52,332 bases of DNA from Bacilli bacterium (GCA_016296285.1 JAEDJP010000001.1:1-52332), one strand, 5' to 3'; positions 40,444-50,125 are shown, counted from the stretch's first letter. A program made the numbers and translations. The notes: a model not told the origin generated them from the sequence alone.

Positions 40444-42702
40444 TTAATGCTGGGAATGGACGGAAAAGGACGTGAAACAAGCCTTGCAGTTTTGTGCATA
40501 TAGACCGACTTTGCCATTCAGATTTCCGTTTTGGAAGACGCCTTTAATCACTTCCACATCATTGACGCAAAGCCGTAATTCATTGTTTTCCTGATAGGCG
40601 GCAAGATGGTATGACTTACCAGGAACAATCGGATATTCTTCGCTCGCAATCGTCTCCAGGAAGTTGTAATCGACTTTCTTGATGCAGATTCTTCCCATAT
40701 CGAATCCGATGAAGAAACCTCGGAAGGAGGTAGCATGTTCGCTGCCATCGGCATCTTCCTTGAACGGAATGCAGTCATCCGTGACGGAGAGAAGGAGGCC
40801 GGCACCACCGGTTTCCTTGGCATGAACAAAGACCATATCCGTCTCAACCTTCACGTCGGTGTAAACCTGTTTGGTCAATAAGGAGACGACTTTCTCTTCA
40901 TGACTGACGAGTCCCGTGTCCTCCAAGGATTCGACATTGCGGCAATGGAACGGATCAAGGTCCGCATGTTCATCCAAACTCACAGAAAGATCCGTTCCGT
41001 TTTGATGTTTCCTATGTTCGAAGGCAGAGAAGGAGAAGTCCCCTTTGAAATGAATGGCATGAACGCCTTTCTTCATCGGCAGTGTCAGGACTTTGGTCCT
41101 GACTTCCTTATCGGTTTGGAAAGAAGGAAGGGTGAATGGATGGAATTCATTTTCGTCAATCCTCATGCCGACTTCGCGATGGAAGGAGGAAGCAGGAATG
41201 GTCAGGATGATATCTTCTTCCTGGTCATCCGGAACGAAGATGTTGTAGATGACATCATCCATCGGGCTCACATGGAGGAAACCGGTTCCCGCTTTTTCGC
41301 AAAGAGAACTCTCTTCTTCATAATCCTTAGCGTAATGGATGGTATCGGCAGGATAGAGACGATCCGAAGAGCCTAAGGCAACCGCGGAGATGGAGGAGGA
41401 GAGAATCTCATGGAAGGTATGATCCTTTCGATATCCGACAGCACCTTCCCCAAGTTCCACCTGTCCTAAACCAAGTTCTCTATGATCAAAGCACAAGGCG
41501 AATCTTCCTTGACGGAATTGGAAGAGGAAACTGTGGACGACATCCTTTCGATACAAGTGATCCAAAGGGTATTCCTGAATGGTCTGGTAGTCTTTGCCGC
41601 ATTGCATCACCAAGGAGATGCTGTCTCCCTTGAAGTTGAGAACCAAGGTCTTTTCAGAGTTACGAGAGAGAATCATCTCACCATAACCGATATTGTTGAA
41701 TTCCACGGAATAGGTATCGCCATGTTCGGCAAGAAGATACATATCGTCCTTGTCTAACATCTGTTCCAAACCATTGGTGGTATGAGCGCGTCCGACAAAG
41801 GGAATGCCATGTCTTCTCATGCCGTTGAGAGCCATTCGATCGTCATCGAAGCTGATGCGGGCAAGGTTGTAGTAACGCGGCCCCTCCTCCATGTTGTGAT
41901 AAACCATGAAGTAGGAATCTAGGTCCGGTCCTAAGACCGTGCAGGAATGACCTAAGCCATAGTAATCATCGTTGGTGGAAACCAAAATGGTAGCCTTTCT
42001 TTCCAAATAGGCAGGGTCAAAGGTATCGCATCGTTCCGTTGCATAATCGACTCTATAATCACGGCTGAGGAAATGTGCTCCGCAATAGGTCAGATAGTAT
42101 CTGCCATAACGCTTGAGCATATACGGTCCTTCATTCCAACCGGAAAGACGACAGGTCAACAAGGACGTCTTGCCGCCTTCTGTTCCTTTCCCTCCTTTGC
42201 AGGAAGTGAAGTCATCGTTGATTTCATAAACGCGGATGGACTCTTCGCCGGAGGTAAAGAGATATTTCTTTCCGTCGCTGTCGATGAAGAAGGAACCATC
42301 GATCCTTCTTTCGAGATTCTCACTGATGCAGGTAAAGGGTCCTTCCGGCTTCTCGGCCCTGAAGAAATAGTGACCGTTACCGTCAGGAGAGGCAACCATA
42401 TAGAAGGATCCGTCGTGATAGATGACTTCCGGAGCATAGGGGCAATCACCGGTTTTCGGATGATTGGGATCTGATCGGTAATCGTAGCAATATCCGACGT
42501 CCGTCACTTTGTTGCTGCAGGGTTCAAAGTGAAGCATGTCATCGGAGACATAACAGGAGATACGGCTATCCGGCGTGGTAAAGTAAAGGTAGTATTTGCC
42601 ATTGAAACGATAGAGGAAGGGATCGGGTGCTTCCAAATCAAAAGGCATTTTCATGCCATTGTCATAAAGGGTCAGTAAACCATCTTTCTTTGTCAATTTC
42701 AT
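40444..42702 (-). CDS. GH43 glycoside hydrolase with a large C-terminal beta-sandwich (LamG/CBM-like) extension, cytoplasmic
   Basis: GH43 motifs: EAPDPFLYRFNGKYYLYF, CPYAPEVIYHDG, RIDGSFFIDSDGKKYLF, and GWNEGPYMLKRYG. About 450 further residues end in a concanavalin-like segment. No signal peptide. Confidence 0.75.
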   Translation of the reverse strand: MKLTKKDGLLTLYDNGMKMPFDLEAPDPFLYRFNGKYYLYFTTPDSRISCYVSDDMLHFEPCSNKVTDVGYCYDYRSDPNHPKTGDCPYAPEVIYHDGSFYMVASPDGNGHYFFRAEKPEGPFTCISENLERRIDGSFFIDSDGKKYLFTSGEESIRVYEINDDFTSCKGGKGTEGGKTSLLTCRLSGWNEGPYMLKRYGRYYLTYCGAHFLSRDYRVDYATERCDTFDPAYLERKATILVSTNDDYYGLGHSCTVLGPDLDSYFMVYHNMEEGPRYYNLARISFDDDRMALNGMRRHGIPFVGRAHTTNGLEQMLDKDDMYLLAEHGDTYSVEFNNIGYGEMILSRNSEKTLVLNFKGDSISLVMQCGKDYQTIQEYPLDHLYRKDVVHSFLFQFRQGRFALCFDHRELGLGQVELGEGAVGYRKDHTFHEILSSSISAVALGSSDRLYPADTIHYAKDYEEESSLCEKAGTGFLHVSPMDDVIYNIFVPDDQEEDIILTIPASSFHREVGMRIDENEFHPFTLPSFQTDKEVRTKVLTLPMKKGVHAIHFKGDFSFSAFEHRKHQNGTDLSVSLDEHADLDPFHCRNVESLEDTGLVSHEEKVVSLLTKQVYTDVKVETDMVFVHAKETGGAGLLLSVTDDCIPFKEDADGSEHATSFRGFFIGFDMGRICIKKVDYNFLETIASEEYPIVPGKSYHLAAYQENNELRLCVNDVEVIKGVFQNGNLNGKVGLYAQNCKACFTSFSVHSQH

Positions 42703-42738
42703 GAGAATGCCTCCATTTTGCCTTGCAACAATTCCTAA

Positions 42739-43899
42739 TTAGAGGAATCTAGGGCCCTTTTGGGGCTCATCCATATGCGGATCATAGGAAGGCTTCTTCG
42801 TATTTACATAGGGGAATCCCTTGTCGTCCCAAAGAATCTTATCCATCATTAAGTGACGGGTTGCAAAATTGTCCTTGCGGGTATAGGCGTGATAGTAGAT
42901 CCAATAATCACCCGCATCATCCTTGATGATGGAGTTGTGACCAGGACCATAGACATCGCTGTCATCGAGAGGACCTCCCCAAACAACGACGTTACCATAG
43001 GTCGTGCCACTACGAGACATGGTGAGCTTCATGCCTTTGCTATCGATGAAAGGACCGTTGACGCTGTTGGAGATGCCAGCCATGACGCGGTAAGTGGAAT
43101 CGGTGCCGGCACAACAGGTACCGGTGGAACCGAAAAAGACATACTTGCCATTGTGCTCGAGGACATAGCTACCTTCGTACTGGGAACCATCCCAGTCAGT
43201 AGGAGCGCCTGCCACAAGAATCTTATTTTCCTTCCAATAGTCGATGTCGTCGCCCTTAAGGCCGATGCCATCATCATTGAGCTGAACCTGATAGAGACCC
43301 TGGAAAGAACCGAATGTCATCCAAACTTCACCATCGGAAGTCTGAATGACCTGAGGGTCAATGGCGTTTTCAACATCGATTTCCTTATAGGAGAAGAGTT
43401 TGCCTTGATCGACATAGGGACCGCCGATGTTGTCGGCGATACCATAACCGATACCGACGCAATCTCCCCAGCCGGAAAGGGAATAGTAGTAAATCCACTT
43501 GTTACCGATCTTGACGACATCCGGAGCCCACATATAGATCTGACTCGGATTGATGGCCATGCCAGGTTCTTTGTGCCAGGTCGGGAAGTTGATGATTTCA
43601 CCGCCAACCTGAGTCCAGGTGCAGCCGTCATCACTCTTCAAAGTGATTCGATTGGTGGCAAAGCACCAGAGTTCACCGGATTCGGGGTCTCTCACGACCG
43701 TTGGGTCAGCAACTTCACCGCTGAAGGGAGAACCGGTAGTCGTCATTGCCATGAGCGGGTTGGAGAACTCGCCATAGTAATATCCCGGTTCATCGGAAGA
43801 TTCTTCGGAAGCATTGGGTGTTTGATTCGAAGGAGGAGTCGTGTTACCGCAGGAAATCAACAAGGCGACGAACGCGAATCCTAATAATGATTTCTTCAT
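42739..43899 (-). CDS. GH43 glycoside hydrolase lipoprotein (extracellular)
   Basis: Start at MKKSLLGFAFVALLISCGN (lipobox L-I-S-C), with AGGAGC 5 nt upstream. GH43 motifs: VADPTVVRD, MWAPDVVKIG, IDPQVIQTSDGEVW, and YEGSYVLEHNG. The track start at 43944 overlaps the upstream gene. Confidence 0.8.
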   Translation of the reverse strand: MKKSLLGFAFVALLISCGNTTPPSNQTPNASEESSDEPGYYYGEFSNPLMAMTTTGSPFSGEVADPTVVRDPESGELWCFATNRITLKSDDGCTWTQVGGEIINFPTWHKEPGMAINPSQIYMWAPDVVKIGNKWIYYYSLSGWGDCVGIGYGIADNIGGPYVDQGKLFSYKEIDVENAIDPQVIQTSDGEVWMTFGSFQGLYQVQLNDDGIGLKGDDIDYWKENKILVAGAPTDWDGSQYEGSYVLEHNGKYVFFGSTGTCCAGTDSTYRVMAGISNSVNGPFIDSKGMKLTMSRSGTTYGNVVVWGGPLDDSDVYGPGHNSIIKDDAGDYWIYYHAYTRKDNFATRHLMMDKILWDDKGFPYVNTKKPSYDPHMDEPQKGPRFL

Positions 43900-43909
43900 G
43901 AACGGCTCC

Positions 43910-46186
43910 TTACTTGGCCAAAGACCAAGAGGCGATGGTATCACCGGAGTTTACGTCAAAGGCTAGAACCTTATCCAACTCACAACTAAGCTCAATATCT
44001 TCGTGAGCCTTGACCAACGTTCCGGTGGAGATCTTGGCAATCATATCAACGTTGTTGTAATTGGCATGGACGAGAAGTTCGCTGCCAAGCAATTCAACGA
44101 CATCACTGTTGACCGTGAAACCACTGGACTTCTTATCGGAATTGAATTCACGGGCAAGGTGGATGTGCTCCGGACGGATGCCGATGCGGACATCGTGTTT
44201 GCCCTGCAAGGCAGCCTCATACTTTCTTTCTAGTTCGGTCAAGACCAACCAAAGGTTGTTGGTGAGAACGACATTGGAATCCTTGACGTGGATGGAAGAC
44301 TTATAGCCTTTGACGGCAGCTTTGGCCTTGCCATGTCTCTTGGTGTAGAAGAGAACCGTTTCCTTTTCGGACTTCTTGCCCTTGGAGAAGGCCGTGGTGT
44401 TGTGAAGGATGGACAGTTCCTTGGTCGTGATATCCATGATGTTGAGAAGGAGCGGTTTGGCAGCCTTGAGTCTTTCTTCCAAGGAACGTTCTTTCTGTCC
44501 ATCCGTAGCAGGAGCAAAGCAGGCAACCAAGGCATCGCGATCCTTGTCATCGATGGTTTCGATGACCGCTTTGAGTTCTTCGACCTTGGCGTTGATTTGT
44601 TCTTCCATCATGGCCTTGATTTCGCCATGGATTTCATCCAAAGACTTGGAGCCTTCCTCCTTGACGAGAGCATGAACCTTCTTTTCGCCCTCCGTAAGCG
44701 GAACGAGCTTTTCTTCGCCTTGGCCTTTGCTAAGAGCCGCCCGGAGACGATCGGAATAGTGGAGGAGATTTCTTTCCTCGGCCAGGAGGCGAAGAATCTC
44801 GTCGTGGAGGAACAAGCCATGCATCTTCTTGACCGGATTCTTGGCTAAGAAGCCTCGGGTCTCTTCCAATTTCTGGTTGTAGAAGGCATCGTGAGTCGTC
44901 TTGAATTCTGCCCCCATATCCATGACGAAACCATCGTCTAAGGTCAACTTGCCGTCTTCATAAGTGCCTTCGAAGATATTCATGGCAGGAGAGCCAATGA
45001 AGGTAGCGACGAAGATGTTGTTCGGACGGGAGTAGATGACTTCCGGTTCCCCAATCTGCTGGCACCAGCCCTTGGACATGACGGCAATACGGGTTGCCAT
45101 GGTCATCGCTTCGGTCTGGTCGTGCGTGACGTAAATGGTGGTCGCCCCGATTCGCTCGTGCAATCGGACGATTTCGGAACGCATCTGAACTCTCAACTTG
45201 GCGTCGAGGTTGGACAAAGGCTCATCCATTAAGAAGACCTTGGCGTTTCTGACAATGGCTCTTCCTAAGGCGACACGCTGCATCTGACCACCGGAGAGTT
45301 CTTTCGGGCGTCTGTCGAGGTAAGGGCCAAGGTCCAAAATCTTGGCCGCTTCGAAGACCTTCTGACGGATCTCTTCCTTGGTGAGTTTGACCTTCTGATG
45401 AAGGGGTTTTTCGCCCTGATAGACAACGCCATCTTTCTTGATGGTGAAGCCCTTGGATTCATAGTTCTGCTTTTCCGCAGCAATCATGCTGTCCAAAGTA
45501 GCGTCGATCTCCTCTTTCTTGGAATCGAACAATGTCTTGAATTCAAGCTGATACTGGGCAAGATTATCCGAATCACCGAAAGCTTTTCTGGCTAAGGCAA
45601 GCAAATCTTTGTATGACAAGATGAGCTTGGCAGTGATTTCCTGGATCTTGAGCTTGGTGGAAACATAGACGGCCAAAGAAGCGTAATTGAGTTTCTTGTC
45701 CAAGGATTCGATCATGCCTTCCAGCAACCGCTCAGGCTGTTCCTTGACCGCATCGAATTCCATTTTGGCCTGCATGGAGAGGACTTTGACGATCTTATCG
45801 TACTTGCGGGCTTTGAGCGGGAACGCGATGTTATCGTAGACCGTCATCTGCGGATACAAAGCGTAGGACTGGAAAACCATGGAAATATCACGGTCCTTGG
45901 GAGGAATGTAGTTGGAGAGGACTTTATCGATGTGGAGATAACCGGAGGAAATATCTTCCAAACCGGCGATCATTCTAAGGGTCGTGGACTTGCCGCAGCC
46001 AGAAGGACCGACCAAGACGATGAACTCATGCTGCTTGATATCGATGTTGAAATCGTAGACGGCCTGAATGCCGTTGGGATAAATCTTATTGACGTCTTTG
46101 AGACAGACGAAGGATTGAATGGATTCGTTGCGGATAATACCGCCATTCTTCTTCAGTTCTTCTTTGAGATTCACATTTTCTTCCAT
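43910..46186 (-). CDS. MsmX/MalK/UgpC-type sugar ABC transporter ATPase, greatly enlarged (758 aa)
   Basis: Walker [11 protein letters not shown]-loop [10 protein letters not shown], signature LSGGQMQR, Walker [14 protein letters not shown]-loop YVTHDQ, and MalK C-domain ends ([10 protein letters not shown] ... IGIRPEHIHL). It has K/E-rich insertions of about 140 aa and about 240 aa. AGGAGG lies upstream of the start. Confidence 0.9.
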   Translation of the reverse strand: MEENVNLKEELKKNGGIIRNESIQSFVCLKDVNKIYPNGIQAVYDFNIDIKQHEFIVLVGPSGCGKSTTLRMIAGLEDISSGYLHIDKVLSNYIPPKDRDISMVFQSYALYPQMTVYDNIAFPLKARKYDKIVKVLSMQAKMEFDAVKEQPERLLEGMIESLDKKLNYASLAVYVSTKLKIQEITAKLILSYKDLLALARKAFGDSDNLAQYQLEFKTLFDSKKEEIDATLDSMIAAEKQNYESKGFTIKKDGVVYQGEKPLHQKVKLTKEEIRQKVFEAAKILDLGPYLDRRPKELSGGQMQRVALGRAIVRNAKVFLMDEPLSNLDAKLRVQMRSEIVRLHERIGATTIYVTHDQTEAMTMATRIAVMSKGWCQQIGEPEVIYSRPNNIFVATFIGSPAMNIFEGTYEDGKLTLDDGFVMDMGAEFKTTHDAFYNQKLEETRGFLAKNPVKKMHGLFLHDEILRLLAEERNLLHYSDRLRAALSKGQGEEKLVPLTEGEKKVHALVKEEGSKSLDEIHGEIKAMMEEQINAKVEELKAVIETIDDKDRDALVACFAPATDGQKERSLEERLKAAKPLLLNIMDITTKELSILHNTTAFSKGKKSEKETVLFYTKRHGKAKAAVKGYKSSIHVKDSNVVLTNNLWLVLTELERKYEAALQGKHDVRIGIRPEHIHLAREFNSDKKSSGFTVNSDVVELLGSELLVHANYNNVDMIAKISTGTLVKAHEDIELSCELDKVLAFDVNSGDTIASWSLAK

Positions 46187-46235
46187 TTTGGAAAGCCTCC
46201 TGATTGATGTTTTTCAGCAAAGAATTGCTGAGGAA

Positions 46236-47186
46236 TCATCTCTTGATACCGGCAGAAGCCATACCTTCGATGATCTTGTTGGAAGCGAGGATGTAAGCGA
46301 CAAGGACCGGAGCTAAGCAGATGACACCACCGGCAAGAGCGGTACCGATCAAGTCCGATGTTCTGGAGTTGTTGATGACGTAAGCCATGCCGACCTGCAG
46401 AGTCCAAAGCTTGTTGTCTTTGACGCCGAATAACATCTGCGGCCAGACCAAGTCGTTCCATCCGCCCATGAAGCCGAATAAGCCCTGAACGAAGAGAACG
46501 GTCTTACCTAACGGAAGGACGATGCGGAAGAAGATCTCAAGGTTGGAGTAGCCATCCATTTTGGCAGATTCCACCAAGTCTTTCGGAATCGACATGAAGA
46601 AGGTCTTGATGAGGTACATGCCATAGACGCCACCTAAGCCAGGGAGAATGAGTGCCAATAGTGACTTATTAAGACCCCAGGAGAAGATGTTCATCTGGTT
46701 ACCGACAGCGGTAGCCGTTCCAGGAATAACCATGGAAGCGACCAAGATACCGAATAAGACCTTGGATCCACGGACCGGCATGAAGGTGAAGCAGTAAGCG
46801 GCAAGAGAGGCGACAAGGAGGTAAAGAAGGGTGCCGCCGATGGCAGAGATGCAGGAGTTCATGAACCAATAGCCCATGTGGTATTCCTGAGTCGAGTTAT
46901 GGGAGCCCATCATATCTTCCGGATATTGCTGCAAGAGAAGAATCTTATAGTTTTCGAGGGTATAACCGGAATGCGGATAGAAGATCTCCTTCGGATAGTT
47001 CATGTTGTCCAAATGGCCTCTTAAGGAGCCCAAGAACATGATGAAGAAGGGGAGAACCCAGATGATGCAGAAGATCGTGAGGAAGATGAAGGTGATGATT
47101 TTGCCATACTGAATCTTGGTGTGACGATTCTGGTTTGCCTTACGGTAACCGACATAACGTTCAAGCGTTAATTGATTCTTGCCCAT
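46236..47186 (-). CDS. carbohydrate ABC transporter permease (MalG-like)
   Basis: 316-aa polytopic protein with the EAA loop ESAKMDGYSNLEIFFRIVLP. Confidence 0.85.
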   Translation of the reverse strand: MGKNQLTLERYVGYRKANQNRHTKIQYGKIITFIFLTIFCIIWVLPFFIMFLGSLRGHLDNMNYPKEIFYPHSGYTLENYKILLLQQYPEDMMGSHNSTQEYHMGYWFMNSCISAIGGTLLYLLVASLAAYCFTFMPVRGSKVLFGILVASMVIPGTATAVGNQMNIFSWGLNKSLLALILPGLGGVYGMYLIKTFFMSIPKDLVESAKMDGYSNLEIFFRIVLPLGKTVLFVQGLFGFMGGWNDLVWPQMLFGVKDNKLWTLQVGMAYVINNSRTSDLIGTALAGGVICLAPVLVAYILASNKIIEGMASAGIKR

Positions 47187-48259
47187 TTTGCGTATGCCTC
47201 CGAATTTCTGTTACCGGGTTTTCGATCTCTAGTAGCCCACATCTGGATACCGGAGATGATACCGACAAGGATTGCATAGACGATACTGGCAGCAGCGCCT
47301 AAGCCGTACAAGGTATCCTTGAAGGTAGGCCTGTTGGCGACAATATCCTGAATGAAGTACATGATGGTAGAAGTCTTGCCGCCACCAGGCATGGAAGAGA
47401 GGGCCGGAATGACCGGGCCGCCATTGGACAAAACGTAGTTCTGACCATACAAGCCTAAGTAACCGATGATGGTGGTGAACAAACATAAGACGAGCTGTCC
47501 TTTGATACCAGGGATGGTGACAGCCATGACTCTCTTCATCGGAGAGGCGCCATCGATATCGCTGGCTTCATATAAGGACTTGGGAATGTTCTGGAGACCG
47601 GCGGAGAGAATGATGAAGTTTCCACCCCAACCACCCCAGAAGCACATGAGGAAGATCGGAATCCAAGCCAGGGCGACATCGCCGTTGAAATTTCCGATTG
47701 TGAATTTGAACCAAGAGTCTACGAACCATTTGATGTCCGTACCGAGTATTTCGTTGAGCAGACCGTGTTGAGACCGATCCAAGAAGAGCATGGAGAAGAT
47801 CGTGCCGGCAGCGGTAAGCGGAACGATGGACGGCATGTAAATCAAGGCGCGGAAGATCTTATATCCCGGCGGCTTGATGTTAACTAAAATGGCTAATCCA
47901 AGAGGAACCAAAACGGCAAGAGGGACCATGATGAGAGCGAAGATAAAAGAGTGCATGAAAGATCGCCAAAATGCGGCACTGGCATTGGTTGCCGCTTTGG
48001 AAAGCTTGTCACCAACGCTCTGCGGGGCAAAGATGAACTTATACCACTGAGCGCCATTGTAGGAGGCAGTACCCGGAGAGGAGAACTTGAAGTTCATGAA
48101 GGAAATCCGAACGCCGTAAATCAAAGGTACGATGAAGAAAAGGATAAAACTAAGAATAAACGGCGCTAAAAAAAGCAGCGCCGTTCCGTATCTTTTGAAT
48201 TCGGTTTTTGTCCTGGAGCTCCGGAGTGCATATTTTTCCAAGGTATTCATTTTATCCAT
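47168..48259 (-). CDS. carbohydrate ABC transporter permease (MalF-like)
   Basis: Polytopic protein with the EAA loop EASDIDGASPMKRVMAVTIP. The ATG at 48259 has AAGGAG 9 nt upstream. The track TTG at 48265 is 2 codons longer. The gene overlaps the downstream permease by 19 nt. Confidence 0.85.
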   Translation of the reverse strand: MDKMNTLEKYALRSSRTKTEFKRYGTALLFLAPFILSFILFFIVPLIYGVRISFMNFKFSSPGTASYNGAQWYKFIFAPQSVGDKLSKAATNASAAFWRSFMHSFIFALIMVPLAVLVPLGLAILVNIKPPGYKIFRALIYMPSIVPLTAAGTIFSMLFLDRSQHGLLNEILGTDIKWFVDSWFKFTIGNFNGDVALAWIPIFLMCFWGGWGGNFIILSAGLQNIPKSLYEASDIDGASPMKRVMAVTIPGIKGQLVLCLFTTIIGYLGLYGQNYVLSNGGPVIPALSSMPGGGKTSTIMYFIQDIVANRPTFKDTLYGLGAAASIVYAILVGIISGIQMWATRDRKPGNRNSEAYAKWARIN

Positions 48260-48306
48260 CGGCAAACACTCCTTTTGTTAAGAATCAAACGTAAACCCAA
48301 GTCCGA

Positions 48307-49941
48307 TTAATCGAAGATGTGAGCCATATCGATGGCTTCCTGGGCAGACTGAGCGGTCTCAGCAATGATCCGGAGAGCACGTTCCTTGCTGCAGCCTTCG
48401 GAAGACTTCAAAGCTTCGTGAGTGGCGAAGACGGCAGTAGAGAGAGCGTTGAAGATCAAGGTTTCGTCCCTAAGGCTTTCCATAGCCATGATGTCAGCGG
48501 GATCGCCTAAAGCCTTAAGGGTGACGTTCTTTTCGCAATATCTCTTATATTCTTCGGATTCATAGACATTCTTCCAAGCCGGGATATGGCCGGAATTGTT
48601 CCACTCGGCGAGGTTGTATTCGCCAGTGCTCGCGTCCTTGCCCTGAACGAACCAGTTGGTGAAGGAGAGAATGGCGGCGACCTTCTGCATGGAATCAACG
48701 TGTCTCGTGATGGAGACGGCGTGACCGTTACCATACCACTTTCTTCGGGTGGCTTCCGGAGCATCGTCCAAAGACCACCAACCATCCGCGTGAGCAGCGG
48801 CGAACGGCTTGGAGATGACCGGATCAGCGGCATCTTCGGCAGAGACGTTCAACTCCGCGTTGGCAGCAGTGAGTTCCGGTAAGTTCCAAGCCAAGGAATA
48901 CTGAGAGGAAGCCCACCACGGACCTTCATTGAACATGACGCAGGAACCATTGCCGAAACCTTCGGTGTTGGTACCGCACTTATCGCCCATCAAACCGTTG
49001 TTGTATCTCTCGACCTGATCGGTGACATAGGTCCTAAAACCTTCGTTGTCCTGGAAGGTAACCTTGATGTCGCCGTTTTCATCCTTGACGGCCATGGAAC
49101 CGCCGTTGGCGTATAAGGAAGAAAGGCCGTCCGGATCGGTAGACTGCATGAATTCAGGAACGAAGGTAGAAACATCGGCCGGTTTCCAGGAGTGGTCTTC
49201 CGCCTTGTTGATGTTACGGACCATAAGAGTGCCGGCTTTGGCCTTTTCAAGAAGTTTTTCAAGCAAGGTCTGATATTCGGCTCTGGAGTTCGGGATGAAA
49301 CGGGTATTGTCATCGAAGCCGAGTCCATTCTTTTTGATGATATCCTGACGGAAGTAGGTCAAGAAGCCATGAGCATCCATCGGGATGGCGAACTGATGGC
49401 CAGCGTACTGGGAGGCTCTGTTGATGTTGTCATAAGCCTGGGAGAAGTCCATGCTGACACCGGTAGGATCACCTAAGAGCTTATCGATCGGATAGAGCAT
49501 ACCCTGGTCGGCATACTGAGCAGTCTTTTCGTTATGCATGACAAGGAAGTCCGGCATGCCTTCCTTCTCGTTCTGCCAAGTCGTATCCAAGTTACCGTAG
49601 AAGTCATAGTGACCGACATAGGTAACATCGATGTGAATCTGGCCTAAGAATTCATCATTGAACTTCTGGATGAGTTTGACGTAGGTCTGCTTATCGGGGT
49701 CACCGATAACGCACCAAGCCTTCAAATTGATTTGTTCATTGAATTCGGGGGCGCCGTTTTCGTCCTTGACGACATCGTCAGCCAAAGTGGAGATATCAAG
49801 AATCGGATCGGAATCATCAACGATCTGAGTGCCGGAATTACCACCGGAAGCGTCTTCGTTACCGCCACCGCAGCTTACTAACGAAAGCAAAGCGGTGAAG
49901 ACAAGGCTGGATCGAATGATCAGCTTTTTTCTAGTTAACAT
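48307..49941 (-). CDS. extracellular solute-binding lipoprotein of the locus-B ABC transporter
   Basis: Lipobox S-L-V-S-C-GGGN. A 544-aa family-1-like SBP positioned upstream of the permeases. GGGAGG lies upstream of the start. Confidence 0.8.
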   Translation of the reverse strand: MLTRKKLIIRSSLVFTALLSLVSCGGGNEDASGGNSGTQIVDDSDPILDISTLADDVVKDENGAPEFNEQINLKAWCVIGDPDKQTYVKLIQKFNDEFLGQIHIDVTYVGHYDFYGNLDTTWQNEKEGMPDFLVMHNEKTAQYADQGMLYPIDKLLGDPTGVSMDFSQAYDNINRASQYAGHQFAIPMDAHGFLTYFRQDIIKKNGLGFDDNTRFIPNSRAEYQTLLEKLLEKAKAGTLMVRNINKAEDHSWKPADVSTFVPEFMQSTDPDGLSSLYANGGSMAVKDENGDIKVTFQDNEGFRTYVTDQVERYNNGLMGDKCGTNTEGFGNGSCVMFNEGPWWASSQYSLAWNLPELTAANAELNVSAEDAADPVISKPFAAAHADGWWSLDDAPEATRRKWYGNGHAVSITRHVDSMQKVAAILSFTNWFVQGKDASTGEYNLAEWNNSGHIPAWKNVYESEEYKRYCEKNVTLKALGDPADIMAMESLRDETLIFNALSTAVFATHEALKSSEGCSKERALRIIAETAQSAQEAIDMAHIFD

Positions 49942-49969
49942 AAATAAAGTTTCCTCCCTTGCAATACGG

Positions 49970-49985
49970 TTGTAAGTGCTTACAA
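49970..49985. promoter_or_regulatory. 16-bp perfect palindrome, cre/LacI-type operator candidate
   Basis: TTGTAAG-TG-CTTACAA. It matches the cre consensus TGTAAGCGCTTACA except that the central CG is TG. It lies 29 nt upstream of the SBP start codon. Confidence 0.5.
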
Positions 49986-50052
49986 ATAAAATATCTAAGT
50001 TACTTTGTAGATGGAATCATTAAAATTAATGCCTTCCCATTGCGGATAATGG

Positions 50053-50124
50053 AAAAAGGGGCTGTTTATTGGTTGATTAACGTGTCCTTGACACGGGGTC
50101 CACATTATTCAACAGCCCCTTTTT
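50053..50124 (-). terminator. nested inverted repeat between the RDD gene and the SBP gene (terminator/attenuator candidate)
   Basis: A perfect 14-bp inverted repeat, AAAAAGGGGCTGTT (50053-50066) / AACAGCCCCTTTTT (50111-50124), encloses a 44-nt loop. The loop contains a second perfect hairpin, CGTGTC-ctt-GACACG (50081-50095). The outer arm starts 1 nt after the RDD stop codon, and T-runs are present on both strands. Confidence 0.5.
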
Positions 50125-50125
50125 G

